Assembly (NCBI GenBank): GCA_039927695.1
Contig: JBDSUM010000007.1
Coordinates: forward strand, 11,700-75,699
Source: Minisyncoccota bacterium
Lineage (GTDB): Bacteria; Patescibacteriota; Minisyncoccia; Phycocordibacterales; Phycocordibacteraceae
Direction: 5' to 3'
Length of the DNA: 64,000 nucleotides
The notes beneath the pieces are model-generated. The model had not been told where the DNA came from. It saw only the letters and a list, made by a program, of their open reading frames with translations, and did no database searches. How positions within the stretch are numbered: the first letter of the stretch is position 1; every line of letters starts with the position of its first letter. Positions 26,060 through 36,498 of this stretch are shown here, one piece after another. The position numbers and the translations under genes were made by a program.

Positions 26060-28768
26060 ATGAATAGACTGGATAGTGAAATACTAACGATCGATACAGC
26101 CATCTGTGAAAATATCGATAAATTCCACGCCTCAGAAAGAGGTCTTTTGTCGCAGAATATCTTGGCTCAGCTTAGGAATTTTGTTGAGCATATCGCCCTA
26201 AAAGAAGAATCAAACGGACAAGACATTGATTTTACATTTGAAGATTTAAAGAACGCGCCTAATAGAATACAACCGAAGGGATCGCTGGCATACTTGAGGA
26301 GATTTCATAATTTTTTACAAGGAGTGGCCTCACACTATACGCAGAGCAAAGAAAACTCAGAACGCCTAATGCTGAAATACTATGAGTATTTAATCAGGAT
26401 TAAATCCCGTCTTAAGAACACCTATGGCTTAGAGGTGCTAAGTAATATTGATAAGTTCCCAACAAATACGGATCCTGCCTTGCAGGAATATTACGAAAAG
26501 ATAGTGGAGAAAATCGAACGCCCAACAAAAGCGAGAAGGGTCAGTCCTTATAGTGATCGGTACTATATCCAGAAGATCAAACCATTTTTTGTTAAGCACG
26601 AAATATACTACGAAGTCACTTTTACAATTGCGAGCGCTCAAGTTAGTAAATTTGATAGAGTCATCGCTTTTACCAAGCTAGATATTTCCGATAATTACGC
26701 CGTTAAACTTTCCGTAATACATGACGATATTGAGGTCTTGGGCAAAAAGATGCCTATTCACATCATTGATAAATGGGAGGTTTCTGTTCGACCTTGCGAG
26801 CTTAACAACTTTAGTCGCATTTTGGGTGAGAATGTAGATATTCAATCAAAGAGTACGGAATACAAAAACCTGATGAGTTTTTTGACAGAGACTAGTCTAA
26901 GTTTCGTTGAGCTTATCGATCTCTCTGATGATTACTATGATGCTGCGAAAAGCCGTATCGCTCAGGGGGTACAAGCAATACACTTCCTAACTGTCTTAGA
27001 TAAGGCAAAGGCCTTGGTTAGGGGTAATGAAGTTGGTACTAACGTGGTGAGATATTTACTGCGATCTTTAAACAATAGGATTATAAAGCTACAACGAAGT
27101 CGCTATGGCGGGTACAAACTTCGAGAAGATTTAGGCTTCAATCTTGGATGTAAGCCGTTCGATACAATGCCTTTCAACTCCTCACTGATAGGACACAACC
27201 CAAAGATTTCAGATGTTTTTGAGTGTATTAGTGCAGCAGATCGAGAGCATGAACTTTTTGCAAGACTAATTAAGGACAATACAGAAAATAAAGGAAAACT
27301 ATATACGCCTGTAGAAGGTTTACCTCAGACAAAGGAAGAGATTGCAGAGCTAGTCGCTACTTACAACGCTGAGCTTTACTACAAGCACACACATCGCAAG
27401 TTAGAAAACTTTAGAGATTTTATTTATATAAACGGTTATGAAAAAGATACTTTAGACATAATTAAAAGACTCAAAGAGTTGTCATCAGGTGGGATAAACA
27501 ACTATTCGAATTCTGTAGATTCGTGGCTGAAGTCGTCCGCATATCAAATTGACTGCGAAGATAAGGAAAGGATTCTAAGACAGATGTTTACAGATTCTGA
27601 AGTGGCATTGATATACGGTGCAGCTGGTACTGGAAAATCAACGTTGATAAACCACATATCAAACTTTTTCAACGAGAATCAGAAGCTCTACTTAGCCAAT
27701 ACCAATCCCGCCATTGATAACTTGAAGAGAAAAGTTAACGCATCAAATAGCACCTTTCAGACGGTTGCTAAATTCCTATCGCATCGAAATACCGAAACAG
27801 AATTCGATCTCCTTATTATTGATGAGTGCAGCACCGTTAGTAATAAAGATATGATTGATGTTTTGAATAAGGCAAAGTTTAAATCCCTTATATTGGTTGG
27901 TGATGTATTCCAGATAGAATCGATAATATTTGGAAACTGGTTTAATGTTGCAAGATCCTTTGTGCCAAAAACGGCGGTATCCGAACTAACAGTTCCTTAT
28001 CGGACTACGAATCAAGAACTGATTAAATTTTGGAACAGAGTTAGAAATCTTGAAGACAATATTCTTGAAAGCATGACGAGGAATGGTTATACCACCGTCT
28101 TAAATGAATCCATTTTTGAGACCCTAGAGGACGATGAAATTATTCTCTGTTTAAATTACGACGGTCTGTACGGCATAAACAATTTAAACAAGTTTCTTCA
28201 GGGTAGTAATGAAAATGTTCTTGTGCATTGGGGCATACAAACTTACAAGATTGGTGACCCTGTTCTCTTTAACGAAACAGATCGATTTGCGCCAATAATC
28301 TATAACAACCTAAAAGGCCGAATTGTTGGTATAGATAAATCTGAAGATCAGATCCAATTTGATATTGAGATAGATAAGGCAATAAATGAATTGCAAGCAT
28401 CAGGCTATGATTTTGAATTGGTCGGGAGTGCTGCAAACGGGAATTCAGTAGTCAGATTCTTGGTTAGCAAGCAAGGAGACACGGACGAAGATGATGAGCC
28501 GCTAGATTCAGTGGTCCCATTTCAAGTCGCCTATGCTGTGTCAATTCATAAGGCTCAAGGTCTAGAATACGGTTCTGTGAAGGTTGTGATTACGAATGAA
28601 AGCGAAGAGATGATCACTCATAACATTTTTTACACAGCCATAACTAGAGCTAAGGAGAAACTTAAAATATATTGGACGCCTGAAGCAGAGAAAAAAGTAT
28701 TAAGTGGTTTTAAGAAGCTAGATGCGACAGAAGATGTCGGACTTCTGTCCTCGAAGCTCACCTCATAA
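26060..28768 (+). CDS. RecD-like SF1B helicase with long N-terminal region
   Basis: GAAGTGKS, IIDECS, VGDVFQI, SIHKAQGLEY, YTAITRA. Confidence 0.9.
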   Translation: MNRLDSEILTIDTAICENIDKFHASERGLLSQNILAQLRNFVEHIALKEESNGQDIDFTFEDLKNAPNRIQPKGSLAYLRRFHNFLQGVASHYTQSKENSERLMLKYYEYLIRIKSRLKNTYGLEVLSNIDKFPTNTDPALQEYYEKIVEKIERPTKARRVSPYSDRYYIQKIKPFFVKHEIYYEVTFTIASAQVSKFDRVIAFTKLDISDNYAVKLSVIHDDIEVLGKKMPIHIIDKWEVSVRPCELNNFSRILGENVDIQSKSTEYKNLMSFLTETSLSFVELIDLSDDYYDAAKSRIAQGVQAIHFLTVLDKAKALVRGNEVGTNVVRYLLRSLNNRIIKLQRSRYGGYKLREDLGFNLGCKPFDTMPFNSSLIGHNPKISDVFECISAADREHELFARLIKDNTENKGKLYTPVEGLPQTKEEIAELVATYNAELYYKHTHRKLENFRDFIYINGYEKDTLDIIKRLKELSSGGINNYSNSVDSWLKSSAYQIDCEDKERILRQMFTDSEVALIYGAAGTGKSTLINHISNFFNENQKLYLANTNPAIDNLKRKVNASNSTFQTVAKFLSHRNTETEFDLLIIDECSTVSNKDMIDVLNKAKFKSLILVGDVFQIESIIFGNWFNVARSFVPKTAVSELTVPYRTTNQELIKFWNRVRNLEDNILESMTRNGYTTVLNESIFETLEDDEIILCLNYDGLYGINNLNKFLQGSNENVLVHWGIQTYKIGDPVLFNETDRFAPIIYNNLKGRIVGIDKSEDQIQFDIEIDKAINELQASGYDFELVGSAANGNSVVRFLVSKQGDTDEDDEPLDSVVPFQVAYAVSIHKAQGLEYGSVKVVITNESEEMITHNIFYTAITRAKEKLKIYWTPEAEKKVLSGFKKLDATEDVGLLSSKLTS

Positions 28769-28787
28769 GAAGTAGTTCCTGGGGTCA

Positions 28788-30110
28788 TTAAATTATATCC
28801 ACACGTTTGTTGTTTAGGACTATTTTACTCTTCAGACACGTCAATAAATCTCGCTTCTCAAACATCGATCCTTCGGTCAGAAGATACTTTGCATAGTTCC
28901 TGATGTCGGCTTCCTTTGCATAATAGATTTCTTCGGCTTTGCCCATGATGCCGGAGTGGAACTTCTTGTGCCGTTCAATCTCGGCCTCCAGTTTCTTCTT
29001 GATGCCTGAATGATCAAGGTCGACTTGGTCGATGATTTCTGTTAGTTGGTTGATGAGAATCTTCTCTTCGATATACCCCTCCTTGCAATTGATGTCTTTG
29101 GATCGGGTGCAGCCGTAGTAAATATACTTTGCAATTGAACCGTCCTTGAGGTTTTTAAACTTCTCCTGGGCAGTTACGCCTGAACCGCACGCTCCGCAGG
29201 AGAGGAGTCGAGTAAAGGCAAACTCCTTGTTCTTATTTGGCGCGCGGATTTGAAGATGGAGTTGTTTCTGGACGGCATCGAATAATTCCTTAGATATGAG
29301 CGGTGCATGCTTTCCCTGGAACCATCGTCCGCTTGTTTTCGGATACTCAAACGAACCGTGATAGAAGTGGTTGGCCAGAATAACGTAGACATTGCTCAAA
29401 GTGAGAGGCTTTCCGGTTCTTGTGACGAACTTAATATCCTTGAGCCACCTGTATACCTTACGGCCACTCCATCCCTCGTTCGCTACTTTCTGGAAGAGTT
29501 CCTTGATAATCGGTGCTCGGTCGGGATCTATGAACACGACACCCTTCTGATCCTTATTCTTGGAGTTGAGGTATCCAGTTGGCGCTACTGACGGCCAGAG
29601 ACCCATTTCGCATTTGGTCTTGAGGCCGCGCTTTACGTTAATACTCTTGTTGTCGTTCTCAAGCTTGGCTTGGGAGCCAAGAATCATGAGGAGAAACTTC
29701 TCGTTCGGATTGTTGGTGAAGCGTTGGCTGTAGGTACGGATTTCTATGAGTTTCTTCTGATCGAGGAGGTCTACTACTGCACCGAGGTCTCCCGCATTTC
29801 GAGCTAGGCGGTCAGGATGCCAGACGAGGATGCCGTTAAACTTTCCCTCGCGGATATCGAGAAGCAGTTTGTTGTATACCGGTCGCTGTCCGGCATCCTT
29901 TGCGGAATGTGACTCTCGATACATATCCACCACGTTCAACCCATCTCGCTGAGCTACGGCCAACATCTCGTTTAGTTGGGAATCTATGGAGAGTGCCTGC
30001 TTCTCTTCAGCTTCGCTCGATTTACGGGCGTACAGGCAATACCTGACGGGTTCCTGCTCCTGGAGGCCGGGAATAGTTATATTCGCTCCATATGCTGTTG
30101 CGGTTTCCAT
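28788..30110 (-). CDS. Large serine recombinase, family A
   Basis: YARKS, DRLARN, CGACG zinc ribbon; clear paralogue of 714-2033. Confidence 0.95.
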   Translation of the reverse strand: METATAYGANITIPGLQEQEPVRYCLYARKSSEAEEKQALSIDSQLNEMLAVAQRDGLNVVDMYRESHSAKDAGQRPVYNKLLLDIREGKFNGILVWHPDRLARNAGDLGAVVDLLDQKKLIEIRTYSQRFTNNPNEKFLLMILGSQAKLENDNKSINVKRGLKTKCEMGLWPSVAPTGYLNSKNKDQKGVVFIDPDRAPIIKELFQKVANEGWSGRKVYRWLKDIKFVTRTGKPLTLSNVYVILANHFYHGSFEYPKTSGRWFQGKHAPLISKELFDAVQKQLHLQIRAPNKNKEFAFTRLLSCGACGSGVTAQEKFKNLKDGSIAKYIYYGCTRSKDINCKEGYIEEKILINQLTEIIDQVDLDHSGIKKKLEAEIERHKKFHSGIMGKAEEIYYAKEADIRNYAKYLLTEGSMFEKRDLLTCLKSKIVLNNKRVDII

Positions 30111-30302
30111 ACGACACGAACATACCGGACACGGCTACGAAGTCTAGTGCATAACGACTTACGGAGCAGAAGGGTGGAAGAGTCAACGACTATACAAGTT
30201 CGGAGAATGAAGCTAAGGTACGGACGTTCGCTAAGAATGCTTATTTCTGTCATAATTTACCCGTATAAGGCTTGGGTAAGAAAGATTGAGCCGAATAACT
30301 TT

Positions 30303-31478
30303 ATGGAAAATAAATCTCAAAATAAAGGTCTAACTGCAGCAAAGAAGGCAAAGAACGATGAGTTTTATACTCAGCTTGTTGATATTGAAAAAGAGCTGAA
30401 GCACTACAAAAGCCAATTTCGCGGAAAGGTTGTCTACTGCAACTGCGACGACCCTTTTGAAAGCAACTTCTTTAAATACTTCGCTGGTAATTTTAACGCA
30501 CTTGGACTAAAACAGTTGATTGCGACTAGTTACAAACCATCTCCAATTGCCAATACCCAACTCGGGCTCTTTGGTAACAGCACGGTGTTAGCAACGACTA
30601 AAGGTCGTCAAAAAGTAACTGCCAATAAATTCATTATCAATGAGGTTGACGATATTGACGGTGACGGTGCTTTTGACTTGCGTGATATTGCTGAGCAGCT
30701 TAAGGCTAATAAAAATAATGAATGGTCACCGTTAGATGGTGAGGGAGATTTTAGAAGTGCAGAAAGTATAGAATTGCTCAAGCAAGCTGACATTGTAGTG
30801 ACCAATCCACCTTTTTCACTCTTTCGTGAATACGTTGCACAGCTAATGGAGTATAAAAAGAAGTTTTTGATTCTTGGCGATCAGAACGCTATTACCTACA
30901 AGGAAACCTTTAGCTATATCAAAGAGGACAAATTGTGGCTTGGTTATGACAATGGTGGCACAAAGTGGTTTCAGGTCCCGATGGATTACGACATACCAAC
31001 AGAATCAAGAAAGAAAATTGAGAACGAGGTGAAGTACTTCAGTATGGGAAGAATTATGTGGTTTACGAACCTTGATACCACTAAGCGGCATGAGGAACTG
31101 ACATTGTATAAAAAGTATTCTAAAGCAGAATACCCAAAGTACGACAATTACGACGCAATAAACATTGATAAAGTTTCCGACATTCCAGCAGATTACGATG
31201 GCGTAATGGGTGTGCCAATTACTTTTTTAGATAAATACAGCCCTGAACAGTTTGAGATTATTGGTATTACTAAGAAATTGGGATTCCATTTGAGGACACG
31301 CGTCTACCCCAATCAAACACAGGTCAGTGCCGACGGAGTACGGAGTGTGGTCTCGAAATTGAACGATGGCGCTACGATAAAGCTTTCCAAGGCTCCAGTT
31401 GGCAAGACGTATTATATTGTCGGTGATGAGTTTTTTGTCCAACTCTATGCGCGTGTCTTAATTAAAAGAAAAAACTAA
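30303..31478 (+). CDS. EcoRI-family adenine-specific methyltransferase
   Basis: AKKAKNDEFYT, YCNCDDP, GDFRS, VTNPPFS; start moved to ATG 30303. Confidence 0.92.
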   Translation: MENKSQNKGLTAAKKAKNDEFYTQLVDIEKELKHYKSQFRGKVVYCNCDDPFESNFFKYFAGNFNALGLKQLIATSYKPSPIANTQLGLFGNSTVLATTKGRQKVTANKFIINEVDDIDGDGAFDLRDIAEQLKANKNNEWSPLDGEGDFRSAESIELLKQADIVVTNPPFSLFREYVAQLMEYKKKFLILGDQNAITYKETFSYIKEDKLWLGYDNGGTKWFQVPMDYDIPTESRKKIENEVKYFSMGRIMWFTNLDTTKRHEELTLYKKYSKAEYPKYDNYDAINIDKVSDIPADYDGVMGVPITFLDKYSPEQFEIIGITKKLGFHLRTRVYPNQTQVSADGVRSVVSKLNDGATIKLSKAPVGKTYYIVGDEFFVQLYARVLIKRKN

Positions 31479-31479
31479 T

Positions 31480-32583
31480 ATGAAAATAGAACTACATAAA
31501 ATCAAAGTGCGTGAAGTGGTCGATGGCTACAAAGATAGTCACGAGGAAGGCGTCGTGGCGTATGGCGGCAAACTTGATGTTCGTCCAAAATATCAGCGCG
31601 AATTCGTCTACAAAGACAAGCAACGTGATGCGGTTATCGATACTGTCAGACAAGGATTTCCTCTTAACGTTATGTACTGGGTACAAAGTGGAGAAGGCAG
31701 TTTTGAGGTGCTAGATGGACAACAGCGAACAATCAGTATTGGTCAATATGTAAACGGAGATTTCTCAGTTGATTTCAGTGGACGAACAGCAATGTTCCAT
31801 AACCTCACCAAAGAAGAACAGGAGCAGATTCTCAACTATGAGTTGATGATCTATTTTTGTGAAGGAACCGATAAAGAAAAGCTCGATTGGTTCAAGATTA
31901 TTAACATCGCTGGAGAGCGTCTTACGGATCAGGAATTACGCAACGCCGTCTACACCGGCCCATGGCTTTCAGATGCGAAACTCAAGTTCAGCAAATCCAA
32001 TTGTGCCGCGTATCTTTTGGCGAACGACGGTGGTGCATTACTTACTGGCTCACCAATTCGGCAAGAATATTTGGAAACTGCACTGGACTGGATAAATAAC
32101 GCCGAAGTTGCTGAGTATATGGCAAAACATCAGCACGACAAAAACGCTAACGAATTATGGGAGTATTTTCAAAATGTAGCTGAGTGGGTACGGAAAACAT
32201 TTCCCAATTACCGCAAAGAGATGGCGAATGTTAATTGGGGTGAGTTGTATAACGAATTTAAGGATAGGAAGCTTGACGCTAAAAATCTAGAATCCGAAGT
32301 TGCAGAATTGATGCAGGATGAGGACGTAACAAAGAAATCAGGTATTTACCCTTACACACTCACTAGGCAAGAACGGCATCTTTCGATACGCGCTTTCAAC
32401 GATAAGATGAAGCGTGAAGCTTATGAGAGACAGAAGGGTATCTGCGTAAAGTGTGGAAAGCACTTTGAAATCGAAGAGATGGAAGCGGATCATATAACCC
32501 CATGGCACGAGGGTGGTAAAACGACAGCACAAAATTGTCAGATGCTGTGCAAGCAAGATAATCGAACCAAGTCAGATAAGTAA
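31480..32583 (+). CDS. DUF262 (GmrS-like) plus HNH endonuclease
   Basis: [21 protein letters not shown]; C-terminal CxxC...DHITPW..GG.T..NCQMLC..DN. Confidence 0.92.
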   Translation: MKIELHKIKVREVVDGYKDSHEEGVVAYGGKLDVRPKYQREFVYKDKQRDAVIDTVRQGFPLNVMYWVQSGEGSFEVLDGQQRTISIGQYVNGDFSVDFSGRTAMFHNLTKEEQEQILNYELMIYFCEGTDKEKLDWFKIINIAGERLTDQELRNAVYTGPWLSDAKLKFSKSNCAAYLLANDGGALLTGSPIRQEYLETALDWINNAEVAEYMAKHQHDKNANELWEYFQNVAEWVRKTFPNYRKEMANVNWGELYNEFKDRKLDAKNLESEVAELMQDEDVTKKSGIYPYTLTRQERHLSIRAFNDKMKREAYERQKGICVKCGKHFEIEEMEADHITPWHEGGKTTAQNCQMLCKQDNRTKSDK

Positions 32584-32588
32584 CATCT

Positions 32589-33866
32589 ATGAATGAGATT
32601 ATCTGCCCACACTGCAAAAAGGCTTTCAAAATAGACGAGGCAGGTTTTGCCGATATCTTAAAGCAAGTTCGCGACCATGAGTTTGAGAATGAACTTCATG
32701 AGCGTGCGGAGTTATTTGAGAAGGATAAGGAAAGCGCGGTCAAACTTGCGGAAGCTAATCTCAAGAACACACTACAAGCAGATCTCGCAAGAAAGGAGGC
32801 TGAGCTAGTTCAGTTGGAGGCGAATAAGGATCGCGAACTTGCCGAGCTTGAAGCAAAAAAAGAAGCAGAGATTGCTGAGGTGAAATCAAAGATAAGTAAT
32901 GCAGATCTCGAGAAGAAACTTGCCGTCACTGAAGCGGTAAATAAGATTGAGAAAGAACGTGATGAACTTGCTGGTGAGCTAAAAATTAAAGATACGGAGA
33001 AGCAATTGCTCGAGACATCTCTAAAAGATAAATACGCAACTGAGCTTAAGACCAAGGACGACATCATTAAGATGAAAGACGAAGAAATTGCTCTTCGTAA
33101 GGACATGAAGGTAAAACTCTCAACCAAAATGGTTGGCGAAACACTAGAGCAGCACTGTGAGACTGAGTTTAATAAGCTCCGTGCGACTGGTTTTCAAAAC
33201 GCATATTTCGAAAAAGATAATGATTCGACGAGCGGCAGTAAGGGTGACTACATATACCGTGAGACTGACGAATCTGGAAACGAGATTATATCCATCATGT
33301 TCGAAATGAAGAACGAAGGTGATGAGACTGCTACCAAGAAAAAGAACGAAGATTTCTTAAAGGAACTTGATAAGGATCGTACCGAGAAAAAGTGTGAGTA
33401 CGCCGTTCTCGTTACACTTTTGGAGTCGGAGAATGAACTGTACAACACTGGAATTGTTGATGTATCTCACAAATATCCAAAAATGTATGTGGTTCGTCCG
33501 CAATTTTTCATTCCTATAATCACGTTACTACGTAACGCAGCTATGAACTCGCTTAAATATAAAGCCGAGCTTGCTGTAGTAAAGAATCAAAATATCGACA
33601 TCACCAACTTTGAGGAAAATATAAGTAAGTTCAAAGAGGCGTTTGGTAAAAACTATCAACTTGCTTCTAGTAAATTTAAGACAGCAATCGAAGAGATAGA
33701 TAAAACTATCGATCATCTTCAGAAAACTAAAGACGCACTCCTGTCTTCTGAAAACAATCTTCGACTTGCTAATAATAAAGCAGAGGATTTGACGATCAAA
33801 AAGCTTACGAGAGGAAACCCTACAATGCAGGCAAAGTTTGACGAGCTTCCTGATGCGGACAAATAG
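32589..33866 (+). CDS. DUF2130 coiled-coil protein
   Basis: CPHC, coiled coil, [17 protein letters not shown]. Confidence 0.88.
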   Translation: MNEIICPHCKKAFKIDEAGFADILKQVRDHEFENELHERAELFEKDKESAVKLAEANLKNTLQADLARKEAELVQLEANKDRELAELEAKKEAEIAEVKSKISNADLEKKLAVTEAVNKIEKERDELAGELKIKDTEKQLLETSLKDKYATELKTKDDIIKMKDEEIALRKDMKVKLSTKMVGETLEQHCETEFNKLRATGFQNAYFEKDNDSTSGSKGDYIYRETDESGNEIISIMFEMKNEGDETATKKKNEDFLKELDKDRTEKKCEYAVLVTLLESENELYNTGIVDVSHKYPKMYVVRPQFFIPIITLLRNAAMNSLKYKAELAVVKNQNIDITNFEENISKFKEAFGKNYQLASSKFKTAIEEIDKTIDHLQKTKDALLSSENNLRLANNKAEDLTIKKLTRGNPTMQAKFDELPDADK

Positions 33867-33935
33867 CTAAACTTGCTCCGTTGCTTTTGAAATAGGGGAT
33901 AACTCTATTACGACCTTTCTGCAAAGGAAGCTAAG

Positions 33936-34295
33936 TTACTCATACGCCGACTTCGGCGCAAATATGGCATCAATCCTTTCATCCTCTTCGTCACCAATCT
34001 TGCGCTTATGTGTTTTTCTAGCAGTCTCGCCATCTCCTCTATATGGCGGCGGCTTTCCATCCCTATATTCCCAGATCATTTTGATCATCTGCTGGTCTCC
34101 CTTAAGAGCCATTTGGACGATTCTTTCAATCATCAGCTTCTCTATAGTCTTCCGGTCTTTGCCTTCTCCAACCGTCTGCTGGAGAACCTCCAAAATGACG
34201 GTCTTCATGTTCTTTGATCCTGGCGGCCGTCCATTCAGATTTCGCCTTGGATCATAGCCGGACCGGAAGGGTTTTAACGTATGTGGGTTACTCAT
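33936..34295 (-). CDS. DUF5681-like protein (terminase small subunit-like)
   Basis: LKPF..G...N..GRPPGS...A.KGD...E.RDGKP. Confidence 0.75.
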   Translation of the reverse strand: MSNPHTLKPFRSGYDPRRNLNGRPPGSKNMKTVILEVLQQTVGEGKDRKTIEKLMIERIVQMALKGDQQMIKMIWEYRDGKPPPYRGDGETARKTHKRKIGDEEDERIDAIFAPKSAYE

Positions 34296-34598
34296 GCCGA
34301 TAACAATATCGGCTGTTTTCGTATTAACTATAGGAATTACTTTACGCAGTAAAAATCACAGTTAAAAAGGGAGAAAACGGTGACCCGAAACCGGCTTCTT
34401 CACCGTATTTTTCCCGTATTAACGGTCAGGAGTAGGACGACCTAGAGCCGTTAGTCTCGCAGCAAAATATTCGCTAGAATACCCTTACAACAGCTCATGT
34501 CAGTCGGTACCAGACTAAGCATCGCAGCCAACTCGTGCTAGGTTATCGCGCTCGAGACGCGTCGGTAAATTTCGTCTAAAAGTGATAGCATGTAGATA

Positions 34599-35321
34599 AT
34601 GAATGTTGATATTGAACAAATCCGAACATTGTTGAGAGTCAATGGATTAGATGAACAAAGTTCAGATACGCAAATATCTAGTATTTTGCAACAAGCAGGA
34701 TATGCCCCCGATCAGCAAGAAGCAGCTCTGCGTCTATTAAAGCAAGGTCAAGCACCTTCGTTATTATCCAGTGCTGAAGCGCGTCCTAATCCACCCCATT
34801 CAATAAGTATCCCTGCTCTTCAAAAGCAGGACCGGGTCGTGAGTTGGCTTAGAGTTTACTATATTCTACTTGTTGTATACCTCATTGCATTTACCATTGT
34901 TACGTTAGGGTTCGGTCCACTTCTGATACAAGGGTATTTTCTCGAATCACTCATTGTAATTACTTTCCTATTCGTAATCAGTTTATGTTTACCAACAGTT
35001 CGTAGACACAAGAAGCAAACCTTCTTCTTCCTTCTAACATTCATCTTTGCCGCTTCACCATTATTTCTCATACTAAAGCCTGCGATTGGACTATCCAATA
35101 TCCCTCTTTTTATTAAGGTCAGCGGCATGGAGTCGAAAGCTAGCAAAGGGGATCTATTAATGTGGCAAAAACGGTATAAAGAAGATGAAGCCACAGGATA
35201 TTTTGAAACCCATCCAGGAAGTAAATTTGATGAGACGTTAAGAATTAAAGAATCCAGAGACAAATATTGCGCTGACTCTTTTAGCAAAGGCGATTCTGAC
35301 TACAAAAGCTTGTGTCAGTAA
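34599..35321 (+). CDS. Membrane protein
   Basis: 3 TM helices; TAGCAT 7 nt before the ATG. Confidence 0.75.
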   Translation: MNVDIEQIRTLLRVNGLDEQSSDTQISSILQQAGYAPDQQEAALRLLKQGQAPSLLSSAEARPNPPHSISIPALQKQDRVVSWLRVYYILLVVYLIAFTIVTLGFGPLLIQGYFLESLIVITFLFVISLCLPTVRRHKKQTFFFLLTFIFAASPLFLILKPAIGLSNIPLFIKVSGMESKASKGDLLMWQKRYKEDEATGYFETHPGSKFDETLRIKESRDKYCADSFSKGDSDYKSLCQ

Positions 35322-35362
35322 GCTGAAACATCACTCTTAAAAAGTTTTCTTTATTAATAGCC

Positions 35363-35391
35363 GTTTGAATACCGTCTCAGACGGCCAGCCA
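35363..35391 (+). repeat. Cassette att repeat, copy 5, ending in CCA
   Basis: GTTTGAATACCGTCTCAGACGGCCAGCCA. Confidence 0.88.
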
Positions 35392-35414
35392 GATTGTTTG
35401 ATAGAATAATCGAC

Positions 35415-35888
35415 ATGCGATACGTTGCGCTTTTGCGAGGGATCATGCCAATGAATCCCAATATGAAGAGCGAGAAGCTCAAGGAATTTTTCGAGGATAT
35501 TGGTTTTAAAAATGTACACACAGTCATTGCTAGTGGCAATGTGATATTTGATTCACCGACCACCGACGTTCTTTCGCTTGAAGTCAAGATAGAGAAGGAA
35601 TTACCAAAGAAATTGAAATTCCAAAGTTCGACCTTCATCAGGAGCTATGACGAGCTCAAAAAGCTTACAAGCAAAGATCCATTTAGAGGAGTAAAGGATG
35701 AAAAACCAAATTATTCGGTGGTTACCTTTAAAAAGAGTCCGCGCAAGGAGGTGTGTACCGTTATCGATTTAAATAAAAGCAGTGGCACTGAGATGATGCG
35801 TATGCTTGAGAAAGAACACGGCAAGGAAATTACTACTCGCACATGGAAGACCGTCAATCGTATCTTGAAGAAGATGGAATCTGTGTAG
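35415..35888 (+). CDS. DUF1697-family protein (cassette)
   Basis: MRYVALLRGI, V.T.IASGNVIF, TTRTWKTV; TAGAAT 7 nt upstream. Confidence 0.9.
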   Translation: MRYVALLRGIMPMNPNMKSEKLKEFFEDIGFKNVHTVIASGNVIFDSPTTDVLSLEVKIEKELPKKLKFQSSTFIRSYDELKKLTSKDPFRGVKDEKPNYSVVTFKKSPRKEVCTVIDLNKSSGTEMMRMLEKEHGKEITTRTWKTVNRILKKMESV

Positions 35889-35893
35889 AAGTT

Positions 35894-35920
35894 GTTGAAA
35901 TATCGTCTGAGACGGTCAAC
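35894..35920 (+). repeat. Cassette att repeat, copy 6
   Basis: GTTGAAATATCGTCTGAGACGGTCAAC. Confidence 0.75.
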
Positions 35921-35944
35921 TCATATATCCTTAGAATATATGAC

Positions 35945-36131
35945 ATGAAAATCTAGAAGCATATTCTTTGGGATTGTTGCGGCGCTTACCATACTGGGTA
36001 CGGCATGGTCGACGAAAGGTACTGAAAACCAGAACGCATGGCTCTGGGTATTTAGTGCGTGGCTAGTTTTCACGGCGGCTTTCGAGGCATACTTCAATTG
36101 GAGTAATAGGAGTAAGAAAGTAGAGAGATAA
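35945..36131 (+). pseudogene. Small 2-TM protein gene with a +1 frameshift right after the ATG (cassette)
   Basis: ATGAAAATCT has one extra A; corrected frame reads MKSRSIFFGIVAALTILG...KKVER-stop; TAGAAT 7 nt upstream. Confidence 0.55.
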
Positions 36132-36139
36132 GTAAACAG

Positions 36140-36166
36140 GTTTGGATATCGTCCCAGACTTCCAGC
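36140..36166 (+). repeat. Cassette att repeat, copy 7
   Basis: GTTTGGATATCGTCCCAGACTTCCAGC. Confidence 0.85.
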
Positions 36167-36191
36167 TCGTATTTGTGTCATAATTCTGCTA

Positions 36192-36446
36192 ATGAAGATT
36201 CTTGTTTCAATAGTTCTTCTGCTCTTGGGGATGTCCATGCTGGTATGGAGTAAGAGATTTACTTTCTTTAGTTACTGGTCGAGGCACCTAGGTGAGTTCG
36301 GGGTATTCGGTATGAAAGATTCTTTTCCAGACCTTCCCGGTTGGGAAAGTAAACGGATCCGAAAGACTTATGCAGTCTTAAACCTAGCCCTAGGTATAGG
36401 ATTTATCATTTCTGCAGTACTCATATATCTTAGCGATTTCAGATAA
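36192..36446 (+). CDS. Small 2-TM membrane protein (cassette)
   Basis: Fills the interval between two repeats; CATAAT 7 nt upstream. Confidence 0.7.
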   Translation: MKILVSIVLLLLGMSMLVWSKRFTFFSYWSRHLGEFGVFGMKDSFPDLPGWESKRIRKTYAVLNLALGIGFIISAVLIYLSDFR

Positions 36447-36451
36447 TAGTG

Positions 36452-36478
36452 GTTCCAATGTCGTACCAGGCTTCCAGC
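36452..36478 (+). repeat. Cassette att repeat, copy 8
   Basis: GTTCCAATGTCGTACCAGGCTTCCAGC. Confidence 0.75.
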
Positions 36479-36498
36479 TCGTTTGATATACTTTCCAT

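Larger units (their letters stand above)
25979..34590. mobile_element. Family A element A3 (helicase, LSR, MTase/HNH cargo, TerS-like gene)
   Basis: Same layout as A1; partial end motif CGAGACGCGTCG at 34553. Confidence 0.55.

Noticed and set aside
29976-30302. 109-aa N-terminal extension of the EcoRI-family MTase in the ORF track
   Set aside because: It overlaps the LSR on the opposite strand; family similarity starts at MENKSQ (30303)
35940-35950. In-frame TGA (ATG ACA TGA AAA) suggesting a recoded genetic code
   Set aside because: TGA ends several clear genes (for example at 10835, 16539 and 22413); a +1 frameshift after ATG 35945 explains it better
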